Assembly (NCBI GenBank): GCA_964460535.1
Contig: CAYWQI010000001.1
Coordinates: 26,856-90,855, forward strand
Length of the DNA stretch: 64,000 nucleotides
Reading direction: 5' to 3'
From: Candidatus Woesearchaeota archaeon
GTDB lineage: Archaea; Nanobdellota; Nanobdellia; Pacearchaeales; GW2011-AR1
The notes beneath the pieces were generated by a model that saw only the letters and a list, made by a program, of their open reading frames with translations, did no database searches and was not told where the DNA came from. This document shows, in pieces, positions 1 to 9,509 of the stretch (its first letter is position 1; each line of letters starts with the position of its first letter). The position numbers and the translations under genes were made by a program.

Positions 1-1
1 T

Positions 2-415
2 ATTTTTCTTGCAGGACAGATATTAGAATTATCTGGAAAAGCAAAAAAAGGAAAGGGAGAAGAAATAGCACGAAAAGAATTAATATCCGGAAGAGCATTT
101 TCTAAATTTAAAGAAATAATTACTGAACAAAAAGGAAATTTAAGCAATATAAAATATGCAAAATACAAATCAAACATTAAATCTTATTATTCTGGAAAAA
201 TAACAAGGACAAAAAACAAGGATATTTCAATTTTAGCAAGATTAGCAGGAGCACCTACAGATATAAGAGCAGGAATTTATTTACATAAAAAAACAGGAGA
301 TAAGATAAAAAAAGGAGATATTTTAATTACAATTTATTCTGAATCTTTATCAAGATTAAAAAGATCAAAGAAATTTTTCAAAAAAGCAAGACCTCTTGAA
401 ATTTCTAAAACTTAA
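2..415 (+). CDS. AMP/thymidine phosphorylase family protein, C-terminal part (5' end lies outside the window)
   Basis: Frame 2 is open from the window edge to a TAA at 413-415. The translation ...ILARLAGAPTDIRAGIYLHKKTGDKIKKGDILITIYSES... matches the C-terminal domain of pyrimidine-nucleoside/AMP phosphorylases. It is absent from the ORF track because there is no in-window start codon. Confidence 0.5.
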   Translation: MFLAGQILELSGKAKKGKGEEIARKELISGRAFSKFKEIITEQKGNLSNIKYAKYKSNIKSYYSGKITRTKNKDISILARLAGAPTDIRAGIYLHKKTGDKIKKGDILITIYSESLSRLKRSKKFFKKARPLEISKT

Positions 416-446
416 ATTATTTAAATGCTCTTTTCTTTAATATTTT

Positions 447-722
447 ATGGCAACAAACTACAGGAGAAGAGTTATTGAATACTTTAAGAAAAATCTCAAA
501 AAAGGATATACTTCAGAATCTCTTAAATGGGCATTAATTAATCAAGGATACACTAAAACTCTTGTAGAAACTTCTCTTAAAAAAGCACAAATTGAACTTG
601 CTGAAGAAGCACCAATTTTAAAAGAAAAACCAAGGATAAAATATGAAATTATTGATGAAAAAAATAAACCAATAAAAATAAAAAAACCTTTTTTCAAAAA
701 AATAAAAGATCTATTTAGGTAA
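447..722 (+). CDS. small hypothetical protein (91 aa)
   Basis: ORF only; basic, K-rich, no recognisable motif. Confidence 0.25.
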   Translation: MATNYRRRVIEYFKKNLKKGYTSESLKWALINQGYTKTLVETSLKKAQIELAEEAPILKEKPRIKYEIIDEKNKPIKIKKPFFKKIKDLFR

Positions 723-755
723 GCTTTTTAAATAAGGAATTAATGTTATTTCTAT

Positions 756-836
756 GCCGCCATCGCATAAAGGTATTGCACCTGGCTTGAGACCAGGGCC
801 CTTCGGGGCATCCCCGTTCGATTCGGGGTGGCGGCG
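756..836 (+). tRNA. tRNA-Ser (anticodon TGA)
   Basis: Cloverleaf read by hand. Acceptor stem GCCGCCA/TGGCGGC. Anticodon stem CCTGG/CCAGG with loop cTTGAga. Long variable arm GCCC-TTCG-GGGC. T-arm CCCCG-TTCGATT-CGGGG. Discriminator G. Confidence 0.8.
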
Positions 837-1041
837 TTGCATATTTTAATTTTAAAAAATCTTTCAATAACATAAATTCATGAGTTTTTAGTATTGATAA
901 TCCTTTTTAATAAGATTCAAGAACATATCTAGATATTTATGAAAATATCTTGCTTAGATACCAAAAGTCTTTATTATCAATTTCCTTTTAATGAACAAAG
1001 TTTAAATTTTATCCTGCATTTCTAAAATATTAAAAAGATTT

Positions 1042-2991
1042 TTAAGAATTTTTTCCAGTAACATGAGTTTCTAATACATTTAAAACTCTTGAATCAGGAG
1101 AAAGAACAAAAACAAAATCTTCTTTGAATCTTAACCCTCTATAAAGTTTTTGAAACAATTCTCTAGAAGCCTTGTCTTTATAAAATTCCCAATATTGTCC
1201 TGGATGTGTTTTATGAAGAATTCTCCAAAAAGCATCTTTAACATCCGGATTAGGATATTTTGTAAATATAATTGAGCGACATTGTTCTCCAGGAAAATCC
1301 ATTCCTCTTGAAGCACGAGTTGAGAAGAATATATCTCTTTCACCAGATTTAAATTCTTTAACAATCTCTCCAGTATTATCAGAAAATTGTTCTTCTTTGA
1401 GTTCTTGTCTTGAAATTAGGTTTTTTAGATTAAATTCTTCTTTTTCTTTTTCATTAGGTAAATCTCCAAAAGAATTTACATGAACAAGAGTTGGACGAGG
1501 AGCTTCTTTTAAGCAAGATTCAAGCGCATCAAGATAATCTTTACGAGTATGGTTTCCTTGAGAAAAATTAGAATATTTGCAATCTTTTTCAAGACCTGTT
1601 CTCCTAATTTCAATTTTTCCAGGATTAGAAGTCTCAGCATCAACAATAGTAAATTTTTCTAAACCAAAAATATCTCTCAAAACTTGTTCTGAATGAAGAG
1701 TTCCTGACATCAAGACTATTGATTTGTTCTTTCTCACCATTTCTTTGAATCTTTTTGCAAGATTTGTTGTTACAATATTTACAATAAAGAGTTCATCTTT
1801 TTTTGTTATATTCATATAACTTTCATTTAAGAATCCTTCAAACATCCTTGATGTTTCTTCAACATCAACTAGATAACTTTCAGGATCTATTTCATCAAGT
1901 ATTTGGGGGTTTTTTAGTATTAGTTTAATCATGTCATATATTCCTGTTTTTTTTAACTCAATTATGTTTCCATTTTCAGCAAGAGAATCAATTCTCTTAT
2001 CTTTTTTAAAATGTTTTATAAGTTTTAATAATTCATCAATAACATCTTCTGCATTTTCATTAATTCCAAATAAATTAATAAGTGAATTTTGAAGACGATT
2101 TATATTTATACTTCTTTGATTTGAAAAACTATCTAAAAATTCATCACATTCATCTATAATTTCAACTTCAGTCATAGGCTTCCTTCCTAAGGCACTTTCA
2201 AGTTTGTATTTTAGAGAATTAAAAACAATAACATCAGAATTAACATAAGAGAGATATTGTTCATAAAATTTGCATCCAGGTTTTCCACAATTAACTACAA
2301 AATTTTTATTATCTATTCCAACATAAGAAAATTTATTTTTTTCAGGAAAGTTTTTTAATTCATATTTTTCAGGCAAAACCGGAGACCAATAAGGGCATGC
2401 AGCAGCAACACTTGCTCTCTTTACATCTTGTATTTCATTAAAATTATTTACATTTACATTTGGATTTTGTTTAATATACTCTTTTAGTTGTCCGATATTT
2501 CTTTTTTTAATTTCTATTTTACAAGGAATATTTGGATTATTAGCACTAAAATCTCTAGTTTTTTCTTTTTTCTTTTTATTACTAAAAATATCTAAAAGAT
2601 TTTTATCTGTTTCATAAGACTTTTTATTTAAAGGTATATTTTTTTGTTCTTCAAGAAATTTACACTTATGATTTTTTCTTCCAGTCATTACACTTATATT
2701 AAGTTTTTTCTTAGAATTTTTTAAAAGATATTTATTTATCTCATAATCTGCTTTATATTGTGCTTGTAGATTTTTTCCTGGAACCACAACACTTGTTTTT
2801 CCAAGTTCCTTTGCTATATTTAATGCAATTCCTGATTTTCCAGTACCACAAACTCCTCTAATAAAAATTATTTTTTCACCTTTTTTTATTTTAGAGACTA
2901 TTTCATTTACAACATCTTCTTGTGTTTTTTTATTACTAAATTTTAAAGGTTGTAGAAATTCTCCCTCTTTATTATATAATGACCATACCAT
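1042..2991 (-). CDS. Rad3/XPD-family superfamily-2 DNA helicase, probable Fe-S type
   Basis: Walker A GVCGTGKSG. DECDEF (DExx box). Six Cys between motifs I and II (HKCK, IPCK, AACPYW, NCGKPGCK), consistent with an Fe-S domain. Motif VI-like STRASRGMDFPG. Confidence 0.5.
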   Translation of the reverse strand: MVWSLYNKEGEFLQPLKFSNKKTQEDVVNEIVSKIKKGEKIIFIRGVCGTGKSGIALNIAKELGKTSVVVPGKNLQAQYKADYEINKYLLKNSKKKLNISVMTGRKNHKCKFLEEQKNIPLNKKSYETDKNLLDIFSNKKKKEKTRDFSANNPNIPCKIEIKKRNIGQLKEYIKQNPNVNVNNFNEIQDVKRASVAAACPYWSPVLPEKYELKNFPEKNKFSYVGIDNKNFVVNCGKPGCKFYEQYLSYVNSDVIVFNSLKYKLESALGRKPMTEVEIIDECDEFLDSFSNQRSININRLQNSLINLFGINENAEDVIDELLKLIKHFKKDKRIDSLAENGNIIELKKTGIYDMIKLILKNPQILDEIDPESYLVDVEETSRMFEGFLNESYMNITKKDELFIVNIVTTNLAKRFKEMVRKNKSIVLMSGTLHSEQVLRDIFGLEKFTIVDAETSNPGKIEIRRTGLEKDCKYSNFSQGNHTRKDYLDALESCLKEAPRPTLVHVNSFGDLPNEKEKEEFNLKNLISRQELKEEQFSDNTGEIVKEFKSGERDIFFSTRASRGMDFPGEQCRSIIFTKYPNPDVKDAFWRILHKTHPGQYWEFYKDKASRELFQKLYRGLRFKEDFVFVLSPDSRVLNVLETHVTGKNS

Positions 2992-3082
2992 TAAAGAAAA
3001 ACATAAAATAGCATTATAAAGTTTATTGTTTAAAAAGTCCCAACTAGATCTATGGACTTAGTGCTTAATTAAAAAATTAAAA

Positions 3083-3397
3083 TTAACCAAACAATGCACT
3101 AAGACCTTCAGCTGCAGCTTCAGATTTTTCTTCTTTTTTCTCTTCTTTCTTTTCGTCTGCTTTAGAAGAATCCCCTGAACTTTCAGTTCCACTTGTTCCA
3201 GCATTTCCACTAGGAACAGCTAAACTTGCAGATTCAAGTTCTTTTTCTATGTCCACATCTTTCAGACTAGCAACAAGACTTTTTATCTGAGCTTCGTCAG
3301 GTGTTTTTCCAACAGCTGTTAAAACCTTTTTAAGGTTTTCTTCATTCACTTCTTGTCCTGCTTTATGCAAAAGCAATGCAGAGTATATGTTTTCCAT
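3083..3397 (-). CDS. rpl12: 50S ribosomal stalk protein P1 (L12e)
   Basis: About 100 aa with an acidic/Ala-rich tail ending GLSALFG. Lies directly downstream of P0. Confidence 0.8.
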   Translation of the reverse strand: MENIYSALLLHKAGQEVNEENLKKVLTAVGKTPDEAQIKSLVASLKDVDIEKELESASLAVPSGNAGTSGTESSGDSSKADEKKEEKKEEKSEAAAEGLSALFG

Positions 3398-3435
3398 TTT
3401 TTTGTTGTTTTTTATTTATTTAGTTGAGTATTTAA

Positions 3436-4359
3436 TTATCCAAACAATGCTCCAAGACCTTCTGTTGAAGGGCCTTGAGTTTCTTCTTTGTTTTCTTGTT
3501 TAGATTCTTCAGTTGGTTTTTCTTCTTGTGTCTGGACTTGTGTCTCTGGTTCTGGCTCACCAGTTATTGTTCTATTTATTTTTAATGCATGAGAATTTGC
3601 CTTTCCTAATAAAAATCCAATAGTGTCTTTTGAAGTATAACCCATCTCAACTGCAAAAGCCAATGCCTTTGAATAAGATTGCACTAAGTTTTTAATAGTT
3701 TCTTCAGTATCTATGTTTATTTCACTATATAATTTTTTCTCTTCAGTATCAAAAGCACAAACAGGAATAAATCCTATTGAAAAAGGTTTTATATCTAATT
3801 TAGACATGACATCTGCAACTTCTTGAGATATTTTTTCTCCTTGTTTAACTATTGTTTTATCTGTCTTAATATTGATTTTTCCTTCCTTAATTTCAATTGG
3901 AATTCCAACAGCTCCTAATTCAGAGATTGCTGGTCCTGGAGCAAGATCTGTAGGGCCTGCTCGGATAACTATGTCTTGTGGAGCTTCTTGTCCTGGTTTT
4001 GCTTTAGCAGGTGTTTTCTTTTTAATCAATTCTCCTGCAATATCAAAAGCATCCATGTCTGAAAACAAAACCGCAACTCCTTCTTTAAAATAATCTTCTA
4101 GTTCTTTTACTTCTTTTTGTTTTGAATTTTCAATAGCTCTGAATATTAAGCTTTTCTTTGGAACCTGAACTGTTGCCTTTCCTCTTAACATTTTTGAAAT
4201 TTCTTGAAATTGTTTTGCAGGAAGATTTTTTATTGATGCAATTAAAACTGTTTTTTTTGTTTCAAGAAGGTTTTTCATTCTATCTACAAGCTTTTTCTTT
4301 CTTGCAGGTATTGGGTTTATTCTATGCTCTATTTTTTCTTTATTCTTATTCTGATTCAT
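3436..4359 (-). CDS. rplP0: 50S ribosomal protein P0 (L10e)
   Basis: 307 aa with a C-terminus ending EGLGALFG. Sits in the conserved archaeal L1-P0-P1 order. Confidence 0.85.
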   Translation of the reverse strand: MNQNKNKEKIEHRINPIPARKKKLVDRMKNLLETKKTVLIASIKNLPAKQFQEISKMLRGKATVQVPKKSLIFRAIENSKQKEVKELEDYFKEGVAVLFSDMDAFDIAGELIKKKTPAKAKPGQEAPQDIVIRAGPTDLAPGPAISELGAVGIPIEIKEGKINIKTDKTIVKQGEKISQEVADVMSKLDIKPFSIGFIPVCAFDTEEKKLYSEINIDTEETIKNLVQSYSKALAFAVEMGYTSKDTIGFLLGKANSHALKINRTITGEPEPETQVQTQEEKPTEESKQENKEETQGPSTEGLGALFG

Positions 4360-4991
4360 TTTAATTTTATTTTTTGAGGTTTAGTCATAGTAAATTTAAT
4401 TTCAATATTCTTGATATTATCTTTTCCTCTTGAAAATTCCTTAACAAGAGAATTATAAATCGCCATTGCATTTTCAACAATTTCCTCATCTTTCATATCT
4501 TGTTTGCCTACAGGAACTTTGATGCTTGCTTCTTTTGTTTTTATTTTAATACTAGTATTTATCTTTTTAATCAGATTTTCAATTATTTTATCATCTGCAT
4601 TTGGAATAATTCCTAATTGAGGACTTGGCATTTTTCCTAATGGACCAAGTGCACGTCCAAAAGTAGTAGCAACTTTAGGCATTAAATTTGCTTGAGAAAT
4701 GAAAAAATCATATTTTCTAACTAATTTTTTTAAGGATTTTTTATCTTTATATTTTCCAAATTCACTCGGAGGAATTGTATTAATTTTACTAGATGAACCA
4801 TCAATAAACCCTGCAATTTTCTTATCCTTTATTTTATGAGGAACACTTACAATAGTGTTGATACTATCTTTTTTCAAATCAAATTTTTGAAGATTAATAA
4901 TTAAATCCACTGTTTGATTAAATTTTCTTTCTTTTGAATTCTTTCTAAGTTCTTTTAATGATTTCTTTAATTCTTGACTTAATTCTGTCAT
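4356..4991 (-). CDS. rpl1: 50S ribosomal protein L1
   Basis: 211 aa L1-like sequence. Overlaps the P0 start by 4 nt (operon). Confidence 0.8.
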   Translation of the reverse strand: MTELSQELKKSLKELRKNSKERKFNQTVDLIINLQKFDLKKDSINTIVSVPHKIKDKKIAGFIDGSSSKINTIPPSEFGKYKDKKSLKKLVRKYDFFISQANLMPKVATTFGRALGPLGKMPSPQLGIIPNADDKIIENLIKKINTSIKIKTKEASIKVPVGKQDMKDEEIVENAMAIYNSLVKEFSRGKDNIKNIEIKFTMTKPQKIKLK

Positions 4992-5410
4992 TTTATTCCT
5001 CCTACATAATGCGCTTGTGTTCAGAATTCTTTGAATTTAAATGAACTCAGCGATGTAGTTTTTGGTAAATTTTCAAGATAAATAGGGTTTTTAAATCATT
5101 CGGTTTTCAATCTAGCCACACAAGATATAAAAAATTCAAAATTCATTCTCTAATAAGATATCAATAGAAATAACTTTCTCAGATTGCACATAACAAATTA
5201 GAGATATATCTTTTAAAAGCAAAAAATATCAAGGATACTTCTAATAATGCCTATGACTCTATTAATTAAAATTCTTATTATTTATCAAATCCCTAAGAAA
5301 TGAAATTATTAACAAAAAAGCAAGGATGTTACAATGTAAATTGTTTTGACAAATCTTTTCATTTTTTGAAAATAACAAAACTTTAAATACAAAAGCTGAT
5401 TTATTATCTT

Positions 5411-6361
5411 ATGAAAATAAAAGAGGCATTTGCAAGAATAAAGAAAATTAAAAAACCACTATCAACTAATAGAATTAGTTTTTCTTATACTAACCAAGCA
5501 ATTTTGAAAGATATAACTCTGAATTTAAAAAAATCAGAAATTCTTGCTATTATTGGAAAGTCTGGAAGTGGAAAATCAACTTTTTTAAAATTAATTTCAG
5601 GAATTATTTCAAAAAAATATGCAGGAAAAATAAAAATATTTGGAAAACCAAAATTTTTCAAAAAATCTAAGATTGGATTTGTTCCACAAGAACTTTCCTT
5701 TATTCCAGATCTTTCTTTATATGATAACATTAGAATAACAGGATTGAATTTAGGATTAAGTGAAAAAACAGCACTAAACAGAGCAGAAAAGTTTCTGACT
5801 TTCTTAAAAATGGATGAATCTTTAAATAAATTTCCAAGAGAACTTTCAGGAGGGCAAAAAGTTAGATTTAATATTGTTTTATCTTTATTGCATGAACCTG
5901 AAATTATTGTTCTAGATGAACCTTTTGTAGGACTTGATTTTTCAAACAGAAAACTTTTATGGCATTTTATAGAATCTCTAAAAAATAAAGGAAAATCAAT
6001 CATTCTAACTTCTCATTTATTAACAGAAACTCAAGAACATGTTGATAGATTAATTATCTTAAAAAATGGAAAAATTTTATTTAATGGCAATCTTGAAAGA
6101 TTAAAACAAAAATTTAAATTAAATTATATCTTTGAGATAAGGTTTTCAAGATTATCAAAGGACAATTTTAATAAAATAAAAAAATATTGCACTTACAAGG
6201 AAATTCCAATACTTGATAATTATGAAAGATATTTAATGATAGGAATAAAAACAGAAAAACAAAGAAAAATGTTATTAAATCTTTTTTCAAAATTAAATTT
6301 ACAATTCAAGGAAATTAGTTTTAGAGAACCTAATTTAGATGAAATTTTTTTAAAAACTTAA
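5411..6361 (+). CDS. ABC transporter ATP-binding protein
   Basis: Walker A GKSGSGKST. ABC signature LSGGQK. Walker B IIVLDEP. Confidence 0.85.
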   Translation: MKIKEAFARIKKIKKPLSTNRISFSYTNQAILKDITLNLKKSEILAIIGKSGSGKSTFLKLISGIISKKYAGKIKIFGKPKFFKKSKIGFVPQELSFIPDLSLYDNIRITGLNLGLSEKTALNRAEKFLTFLKMDESLNKFPRELSGGQKVRFNIVLSLLHEPEIIVLDEPFVGLDFSNRKLLWHFIESLKNKGKSIILTSHLLTETQEHVDRLIILKNGKILFNGNLERLKQKFKLNYIFEIRFSRLSKDNFNKIKKYCTYKEIPILDNYERYLMIGIKTEKQRKMLLNLFSKLNLQFKEISFREPNLDEIFLKT

Positions 6362-6362
6362 A

Positions 6363-7631
6363 ATGACAAACAAGAAACCTTCAAGATTAAATAATACAGG
6401 AAATTTTTTAGTATCTCCATTTAGGAAATTTTATGGATATATTAAAAAAGACTTCTTGTTATTATACAAAAGAAAAAAATATTTGTATCTTTTCATATTA
6501 CTTCCCTTGATTATAGCAAGTCTTTTTTTATTTGCTCTTAATCCAACAGAATATAAAATTGATGTTGGAGTTTGTGATAATGACGATTCAGAATATTCTT
6601 CTCAATCTTTATCAGATTTAAGAAACTTCAATCCTGTTTTGTTAAACGAACCAGATAATTGTGAACAAAAACTTTTACAGAAGATAAAATCCGGAGAATT
6701 TGATTTAGGATTACTAGTTCCTCAAGGATTTTCAGACAATATACAAAACTTAAATCAAGCAAGATTAATTATTTTTTATGACAATACTGATATTGCTTTT
6801 GCAAATCTTGTTTCATGGAAAGTTGACCAATCTATTGAACCTTTTAAAAGAGACATCATTGATAATTTAAATCAAGAATTAAAATCAAGAGTTAAAAATA
6901 TACAAAAAGGAACAGAATTAATAATTGATTATCCTTTGCCGCAACTTTTTAATTCAGAAGTTAAAGATATTAACAAAAATTTAAAAAATCTTGAAGAAAT
7001 GGATACAGAATTTTTAGTTCGTCCAATATGGACACAAAAAATACCTCTTTATGACGATACATTCAAAAAATCTTCTGCAATTGCTTTTGTTTTTCCAATT
7101 TTATCCTTGTTTATTCTTTTAATGTTAGCATCAACTTCAATTATTTATGATAAAAAAACAGGTCACATAACTAGAGTAAAATCTTCTTCCTCTCCATTAA
7201 TTTATCTTTTTTCAAAAACAATTTTTTTCATTTTTCTTGCAATTGTCCAGTTTTTAATTATCTTCTTATTATTTTTAGCTTATGGTTCTTCTTATAGTTT
7301 CAGTATCTTAGAAGCTCTTAAATTAATTATTTACATAGGAGTTATTAATTCTCTTTTAGGATTTATCATTGGATTTATTTCAAATAATGAAGGAATAGCA
7401 GTATTGTTTTCTCTAATACTTGCATTTCCATTAATGCTAGTTTCAGGAATATTCTTTCCAATTCAAACACTTCCAAAAGTTTTACAATGGATTGCACAGA
7501 TTCTTCCATTGAAGTATCAAATTGATGCAACAAAATCAGTATTATTATTTAATCAAACTCTTTCATTAAATTGGTTTTATGTTTGTATTGGAATGTTTGT
7601 AATAGTTTTATGGTTAAATAAAAAAAGTTAA
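6363..7631 (+). CDS. ABC-2 type transporter permease
   Basis: Start overlaps the stop of the ATPase gene (TAAAATG). One N-terminal TM helix, a large extracytoplasmic loop, then five C-terminal TM helices. Confidence 0.6.
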   Translation: MTNKKPSRLNNTGNFLVSPFRKFYGYIKKDFLLLYKRKKYLYLFILLPLIIASLFLFALNPTEYKIDVGVCDNDDSEYSSQSLSDLRNFNPVLLNEPDNCEQKLLQKIKSGEFDLGLLVPQGFSDNIQNLNQARLIIFYDNTDIAFANLVSWKVDQSIEPFKRDIIDNLNQELKSRVKNIQKGTELIIDYPLPQLFNSEVKDINKNLKNLEEMDTEFLVRPIWTQKIPLYDDTFKKSSAIAFVFPILSLFILLMLASTSIIYDKKTGHITRVKSSSSPLIYLFSKTIFFIFLAIVQFLIIFLLFLAYGSSYSFSILEALKLIIYIGVINSLLGFIIGFISNNEGIAVLFSLILAFPLMLVSGIFFPIQTLPKVLQWIAQILPLKYQIDATKSVLLFNQTLSLNWFYVCIGMFVIVLWLNKKS

Positions 7632-7671
7632 ATATTTTTTAAATATTTATAGAATATCATTAATTTAAGAA

Positions 7672-9468
7672 TTATTTTCCCCAATCTATTTTTTCTCTTC
7701 TTTTTATATCTGCAATTTCTTGAAGTACTTTTATTTCTTCATTTCCAAGAAGGTCTTTATTTTTTTTAAATGTTTTAAATTGTTTTTCAGATAAGTTTGA
7801 ATATAAGTTTTCTGTGTCTTTTAATTGTCTTTCAAAATTAACTCCTGGAATTGAAATAGCAACTTCCATATCTTTTTCTGCAGATTCAACAGGCTTGTTT
7901 TCAGATTGAATGTTTTTTATCCTTCCTATTTTTTTCCTTTCTGAATCAATCAATTCCTGGTTTTGGACTATTTTGCCACCTAAAACTTTTACTCCAAAAA
8001 CTGCAGGATTAGAATTTCTAAATACATATTCTGGAAGAATCTTTATTTTTGAAATTGTTGCAAGTTCCATTAAACGTTTTTTTTCAATCTCCTTTCTTTT
8101 TTGTTCTCTAAATTCAAGTAGTTCTTCTATTAACTTATATACTACTTCTTCTGTAAATACTTTTATTCCTTTGTAAGATTTAGATAATTCTTTTGCATCT
8201 TCATCAAGAGAAGTATTAAAACCAACAATAACTGCATCAAGTTCATTTATGTCAAGATTTGCTTTTGCAGATATAATATCTCTTTTATTAATATTTCCAA
8301 TACCTGCTTTTACAACCTGAATATTATTTTGTTTTAACATTGTTAAGAGTGCTTCTAGACTTCCAAGAGAATCTGCTTTTGCAATTATTCCTTGTTTACT
8401 TAATCTTTTTAATAATGTTTCTGAAAGTTCTTTTTCAAATATCTCCTTGATTTCTTTTTTATTATTTTGAAATTTTAAAAAAGGCATTCCAGGCAATATT
8501 TCTGATTTTTCTTTTATTTGAATTCTAATTCCAGTAGAAGCTTGAGCATTCTCAACTGGTTCAAATTTTTCACTTAGGGGTTTTATTTCTTCTAAGACTC
8601 TTATTTTACTAATAATAGGTTCATTTCCCTTTGCTTCAAAATTAATATTAGCTATAGCAATTTCATCATTCTTGTTTAATTTACCATCATGAAGTATAGC
8701 TTCTATAAAATTTCCTGAAGCATTTTTTTTAACTTCAAGAACAACTCCTCGAGGTTCATTATTTAATGTAAGTTTATCTTGAAGATATTTTTGACTTAAA
8801 CCACACAACATCATAATTAATTCAGGAATTCCTTCTTGTGTTTCAGCAGAGCACGGAACTAGAGCAATTTTTTTTGTAAAATCATTAATATTATAAAACA
8901 AATCAGCTTCAAAACCATAACTATTCAGACTTCCAATTAAAGTTAAATAACGTTCATTAAAAACTTGCTGAACTCTTTGAGGTTGTTTTTCAATATTTTC
9001 TTTAAGACTGATTTCTCCAGGTTTTTGAGATTGCCATGCAGAAATATTGTCTATTTTGTTTAATGCAATTATAAAAGGAGTAGAATTTTTTTTAAGAAGT
9101 TGTATAACTTCTGCTGTTTGAGGTTTTATTCCATCATTTATATCAATAACTAGAATAGCTAAATCAGCAAGTCCTCCACCACGTTTACGAAGATTAGTAA
9201 ATGCAGCATGTCCAGGAGTATCTATAAACAAAAAACCAGGGATATTTAATTGAATTCCAGATTTTTCAATCAAAGGACAAGATTGTTTTAATTTTTCTAA
9301 AGGATATTTTGTAAAAGATATTTTTTGAGTAATATTTCCAGCCTCGCCTTTTTGGATAGTAGTATTTCGCAAGCTATCAAGAACACTTGTTTTTCCATGA
9401 TCAACATGTCCGCAAACAGTTACAATTGGTTGCCTAATGTTTTTCTTTGTATTTTTTTCTGTTTCCAT
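7672..9468 (-). CDS. infB: translation initiation factor aIF5B (IF2 homologue)
   Basis: G1 VCGHVDHGKTS. G3 DTPGH. G4 NKID. About 600 aa. Start is probably the M of METEKN. Confidence 0.85.
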   Translation of the reverse strand: METEKNTKKNIRQPIVTVCGHVDHGKTSVLDSLRNTTIQKGEAGNITQKISFTKYPLEKLKQSCPLIEKSGIQLNIPGFLFIDTPGHAAFTNLRKRGGGLADLAILVIDINDGIKPQTAEVIQLLKKNSTPFIIALNKIDNISAWQSQKPGEISLKENIEKQPQRVQQVFNERYLTLIGSLNSYGFEADLFYNINDFTKKIALVPCSAETQEGIPELIMMLCGLSQKYLQDKLTLNNEPRGVVLEVKKNASGNFIEAILHDGKLNKNDEIAIANINFEAKGNEPIISKIRVLEEIKPLSEKFEPVENAQASTGIRIQIKEKSEILPGMPFLKFQNNKKEIKEIFEKELSETLLKRLSKQGIIAKADSLGSLEALLTMLKQNNIQVVKAGIGNINKRDIISAKANLDINELDAVIVGFNTSLDEDAKELSKSYKGIKVFTEEVVYKLIEELLEFREQKRKEIEKKRLMELATISKIKILPEYVFRNSNPAVFGVKVLGGKIVQNQELIDSERKKIGRIKNIQSENKPVESAEKDMEVAISIPGVNFERQLKDTENLYSNLSEKQFKTFKKNKDLLGNEEIKVLQEIADIKRREKIDWGK

Positions 9469-9509
9469 AAAAATATACAAGAAATAATTGTTTTTAAAGA
9501 TTGGGAAAA

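Noticed and set aside
3872-4364. ORFs 3872..4093 (+) and 4158..4364 (+)
   Set aside because: Antisense to the well-supported P0 gene with low-complexity translations. Spurious.
5485-6003. 172-aa ORF on the minus strand
   Set aside because: Lies entirely antisense within the ABC ATPase gene and has no motifs.
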